Source of the DNA: Octopus sinensis
Lineage: Eukaryota
Length of the DNA stretch: 64,000 bases
NCBI RefSeq assembly: GCF_006345805.1
Contig: NC_043022.1
Location: 1,736,001-1,800,000, forward strand
Direction: 5' to 3'
Positions 59,848-64,000 of this stretch are shown here, piece by piece. Every line of letters begins with the position of its first letter. Position 1 is the stretch's first letter. The position numbers and the translations under genes are program-made. The notes under the pieces were generated by a model, which worked only from the letters and a program-made list of their open reading frames with translations, made no database searches and had not been told where the DNA came from.

Positions 59848-60744
59848 TTGGTAAGATATTTATCATTAATGGAATAACCAGGAAAGTGAATATTTAAAGG
59901 GAAATTTGCCAGTGGGGGGGCCATTCACCCACAAACATTCGTTGACGCTGCATCAAAGAAACCAAAGAACAAAAAGCCAAAGAAAAAAGGAAAAAAAAAA
60001 ATGCACTCTGTACCAAAGATGAAGACACCTCTGAAAGCAGGGGGACCCACCATGATGAAAATGGTAGAGAAGTAGGGGCCGAAATGGGATGTGGTTTCTC
60101 CTGATGATGTCCTTAGCTACTGGATCCTATAAAGGAGCTGTTGAGGTAGTGAACCATGAAACAAGGGGTTGGAATTTCTCATGCGGGGCGAAATGCTTTG
60201 TGGAATTTTGTCTGTTTTTACATTCTGAGGTCGAGTTTGCTTTTCATCCATTCGGGATCAATAAAATTAAGTACCAGTGAAACACTGGGGTCCGATGTAA
60301 TCGACTAGTCCCTTCCCTCCAAAATTTCAGGGCCTTGTAGAAAGGATTAATTAACCCTTAATCAGCTGAAATCAGATCTGTCCAATCAGAACACCTTCAT
60401 TCTAAAATAGTCTTAAATACCAATCTGTCTTGTCAAGAAATGTCAGGTTCAAAACCATTTTCTTCTTTATCTGTTGTTGAGAGATGTCAAGTTTATTGGA
60501 GCAACGTGACTTGCAGAAAATACCGATTCTATTTTTATTGGTAGATGTTTGACATTGTTACTTGAATAAATAACCATGGTATTAAATTTCACCGTTAAAA
60601 GGGTTAAGAATGAATACGACATTATCGTTTGGGTTTTTGCTGTTCTTGCATGCTGGGGGGGGGGGATTTGGTTTTCTTTGTTTTATTTTGTTTTGTTTAC
60701 TTTGCTTTTTTAAATTTGTTTTGCAAGAATGCTGAGAAATTATC

Positions 60745-60958
60745 AACATCACTGTCATCATTATTATCACCACCACCATCATCAACATCACCACCACCAC
60801 CACCATCATCATAATCACTATCACAACCACCACCACCACCACCACCACCACCACCACCACCACCACCACCACCACCACCACCACCACCACACCACCACCA
60901 CCACCACCACCACCACCACCACCACCACTCTCATCATCATCATCATCATCATCATCAT
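60745..60958. repeat. (CAC)n/(CAT)n microsatellite abutting an RTE 3' fragment (to about 61090)
   Basis: Direct inspection; ttccatgctggcatgg follows the (cat)n run. Confidence 0.88.
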
Positions 60959-61169
60959 ACGATGTCTATTTTCCATGCTGGCATGGCTGCTGCACCAGGT
61001 TCCGATCTGATTTCACATGGTTTCTATGACCGGATGCTCTTCCTAATGCCAACCTTTCTACAGGTGGCACTGGGTGCTCTTTATGTGGCACCAACAGCAG
61101 TGAGGTCAGTAAGTAACTTGTTAGACAAGACCCCCCCCCCCGCTCAACTAAGGCAGAGAGTAATATCAG

Positions 61170-61490
61170 TTTCAAATTTTGGTACAAGGCTAGAAATTTC
61201 AGGGGAGGGGAAAGTAGATTAAATCAACCCCAGTATTCAGCTGGTACTTATTTCATTAACCTTGAAAGGATGAAAGGCATAGTTGACCTTAGCAGAATTT
61301 GGACATAGTCGACTTTGCCTCTCATCCTTTCTGGGTTGATAAATTAAATACCAGTTGCATACTGGGGTTGATCTAATTGACTGGTCCCCTCCTCAAAAAT
61401 TTTGGGCCTTGTGCCTAGAGTAGAAAAGAATTTGGACATGGAATATAAGGACGGATGATGTGCCGCTAAGCATTTTGCCTCATGCAGTAA
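61170..61490. mobile_element. SINE A2 (minus) with a second A2 inserted antiparallel at 61307-61426
   Basis: TSD agaatttggacat (61294-61306 / 61427-61439). Confidence 0.75.
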
Positions 61491-61870
61491 TGATTCTGCT
61501 AGATGGCCACTCGAAGGTGGGGAGTAATAATGAGGGACAGAAAAGGGAGTCTTGCAGTATAGAAGAGACATGGCCACCTCAGGGAGAGAGAGGGTAGGGG
61601 CCATTCACCCAAGATGCAGAGAGGTGCATATAGTGAAGTGGACCGGGGACGGGTGGGTGGATGGGTGAGTTCACGAGATTGTGGACAGGAGAGAACTTTT
61701 GTAGGATGAAAGCCTATAAACACATTTCCTGATTGTAATTTGTATTTTGCTTTGCTTTAACTTAAAATATATACACTCAAAATGGAATTAGATTAAAATA
61801 TTGATGCACATAATATTTATAGCATATATATATATGTGTGTGTGTGTGTGTATAAATATATATATATATA

Positions 61871-62173
61871 CTAGCAGTATCGCCCGGCGTTGCTCGGGTT
61901 TGTAAGGGAAATAACTATATAAGCATTTTTAGAGAGTTACTTCCCTTATATAAAACCGAGCGAAAAATGAATTAAAAATGCGGAAAAATGATGGTAAATT
62001 TTTTTTTAAAATCGTAGACTCATCGTAGATGCGTGCTAATACCCAGAAGGGCTCGATATGAATCACAACTATAAGATACCCACTTTTGGTTACACTGCAC
62101 CGCAAAATGTGGGAGTAGTTAGGAATCTAAATCGTAGGAGACAGACACACAACTTCACTTTTATATATAAAGA
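61871..62173 (-). mobile_element. Non-autonomous Helitron, internal type 2
   Basis: TC...cccgagcaacgccggg-cgatactg-CTAG in an A|T target; homologous to 53807-54197 without its duplication. Confidence 0.82.
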
Positions 62174-62514
62174 TATATATATATATATATATATAAATGT
62201 ACAATACATTTATAATATATATATATATATATATATACACACTGAAATATATACATATATATATATACATATATTTGTGTGTGTATGCACTTGTCCCCGC
62301 CCCCACTATTGCTTGACAACCTATGTTGGTGTGTTTATGTTCCCATAACTAGTACTTATCCTATCGGCAAAAGAGGCCGATAGGATAAGTACTAGGCTTA
62401 CAAAGAATAAGTTCAGGGCTTGGTTTGTTTGACTAAATGCGCTGCTCCAGCATGGCCACAGTAAAATGACCAAAACAAGTAAATGACTGACATTATCATA
62501 ATAATATATATATA

Positions 62515-62662
62515 TGGCGTTAGGAAGGGCATCCAGCCGTAGAAACATTGCCAGATCAGACTGGGCCTGGTGCAGCCTCCTGGCTTCCCAGACCCCAGTT
62601 GAACCGTCCAACCCATGCCAGCATGGAAAGCGGACGCTAAATGATGATGATGATGATGATGA
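62515..62662 (+). mobile_element. RTE-type LINE 3' end fragment
   Basis: ggcgttaggaagggcatccagccgtagaaac...catgccagcatggaaagcggacgctaaa(tga)n. Confidence 0.85.
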
Positions 62663-62834
62663 TATATATATTTAGGTTATATTCAAGTACATGCAAAAGT
62701 GTTTGATGTTTCTAGCTTATTCTCTTCGACAGAAAGGATTAAGAGGAAAACGGAGAGAGAAAAAATGTGCAGAACTCAAGGGTCCAACATGAGGAGATGA
62801 CTGGAAGAAAGAGGCTGAATGAAAGGGAGATAAT

Positions 62835-63580
62835 GTGTGTCCCCTAACACATGGACCTGTGTGTGTGTGAGTGTGTGTGTGTGTGTGTCCAAACACATGG
62901 ACCTGTGTGTGTGTGTCCCCAAACACATGGACCTGTGTGTGGTGGTCCCCCCAAACATATGGCTCTGTGTGTGTGTGTGTGTGTGTGTGTCCCCAAACAC
63001 ATGGACCTGTGTGTGTCCCCAAACACATGGACCTGTGTGTGTGTGTGTGTGTGTCCCCAAACACATGGACCTGTGTGTGTGTCCCCCCCCCCCCAAACAC
63101 ATGGACCTGTGTGTGTGTGTGTGTCCAAACACATGGACCTGTGTGTGTGTGTGTCCAAACACATGGACCTGTGTGTGTGTGTGTGTCCAAACACATGGAC
63201 CTCTGTGTGTGTGTGTGTGTGTCCAAACATGGATCTGTGTGTGTGTGTCCAAACACATGGACTGTGTGTGTGTATCCAAACACATGGACCTGTGTGTGTG
63301 TGTGTGTATCCAAACACATGGACCTGTGTGTGTGTGTGTGTGTGTCCAAACACATGGACCTGTGTGTGTGTGTGTCCAAACACATGGACCTGTGTGTGTG
63401 TGTGTGTCTAAACACATGGACCTGTGTGTGTGTGTGTGTGTGTGTCCAAACACATGGATCTGTGTGTGTGTGTCCAAACACATGGACCTGTGTGTGTGTG
63501 TGTGTATCCAAACACATGGACCTGTGTGTGTGTGTGTGTGTCCAAACACATGGACCTGTGTGTGTGTGTGTGTGTGTGTC
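62835..63580. repeat. Hybrid mini/microsatellite [CCAAACACATGGACC(TG)n], about 22 units
   Basis: Constant core of about 15 bp separated by variable-length (TG)n. Confidence 0.93.
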
Positions 63581-64000
63581 ACTATCTGTATTATTTTGTT
63601 TTGGTGAAACTTCTCAAAGAGACTTGGAGACTTGTGTGTATTAAAAAGAACACAAGACTCGTTCAGAATGGAAGTGGCAGATTGTCAGGCGTAGTGCTTC
63701 AACCTCATTTAGGCTTAGGTGTTTGGGGGCACCCCCACCCCCACGAAAAAATGGTTCGGTGTTTTTTTAATTGCTTAATCAGGAGATAAGGTAGTGGCCA
63801 TGACACTTTACAGAACAATAGAGATTGGTGGGGAAAGAGGGAGAAGGTGTCCTTAAACTGGACCCCTGACCTGAATACCTGTACAACAAAGTGGACTCTG
63901 TTAAAGGCAGCTCCCAAGGTGTCAGGGGGTGGTGCTAAACTGGGTGACTGACCTTTACAGGGCCTCTTAGAGGGAGGAAGATATGCTAAAACCAGAGACT

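Noticed and set aside
60101-60175. CTGATGA followed later by GAAAC as a hammerhead
   Set aside because: No stem II closing directly onto GAAA, and no stem I/III pairing.
62835-63580. CRISPR-like repeat-spacer appearance
   Set aside because: The spacers are only (TG)n of variable length, not unique sequences; the context is eukaryotic and there are no cas genes.
62717-63644. Long ORFs on both strands (up to 268 aa)
   Set aside because: They are translations of the CCAAACACATGGACC(TG)n array; all frames are open only because the repeat lacks stop codons.

Overview
AT-rich, repeat-saturated animal genomic DNA, most likely octopus (coleoid cephalopod). This is inferred from the SINE families and the microsatellite load; no database search was possible. 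I could not recognise any conserved host protein-coding gene, rRNA, true tRNA or CRISPR array. The window holds several tRNA-derived SINE families (my labels A, B, C1, C2, D), one 5'-truncated RTE-type LINE with a frameshifted reverse transcriptase (35757-37893), and about ten further short RTE 3' ends. It also holds CR1/L2 ORF2 C-terminal relics, mariner and hAT transposase relics, piggyBac-type and hAT MITEs, three non-autonomous Helitrons and many micro/minisatellites. A transposon-poor, CpG-rich zone at about 26.0-32.6 kb ends in a promoter-like cluster (three E-boxes plus an RFX X-box) and probably marks a gene 5' region. The most notable observations are: Penelope-type minimal hammerhead ribozyme motifs (best at 43474-43522); a perfect palindrome with 119-bp arms (30549-30792); a 22-bp-stem hairpin (29278-29348); SINE dimers mobilised as units; inverted SINE pairs that could form dsRNA; and a PHD-like finger inside the RTE reverse transcriptase.
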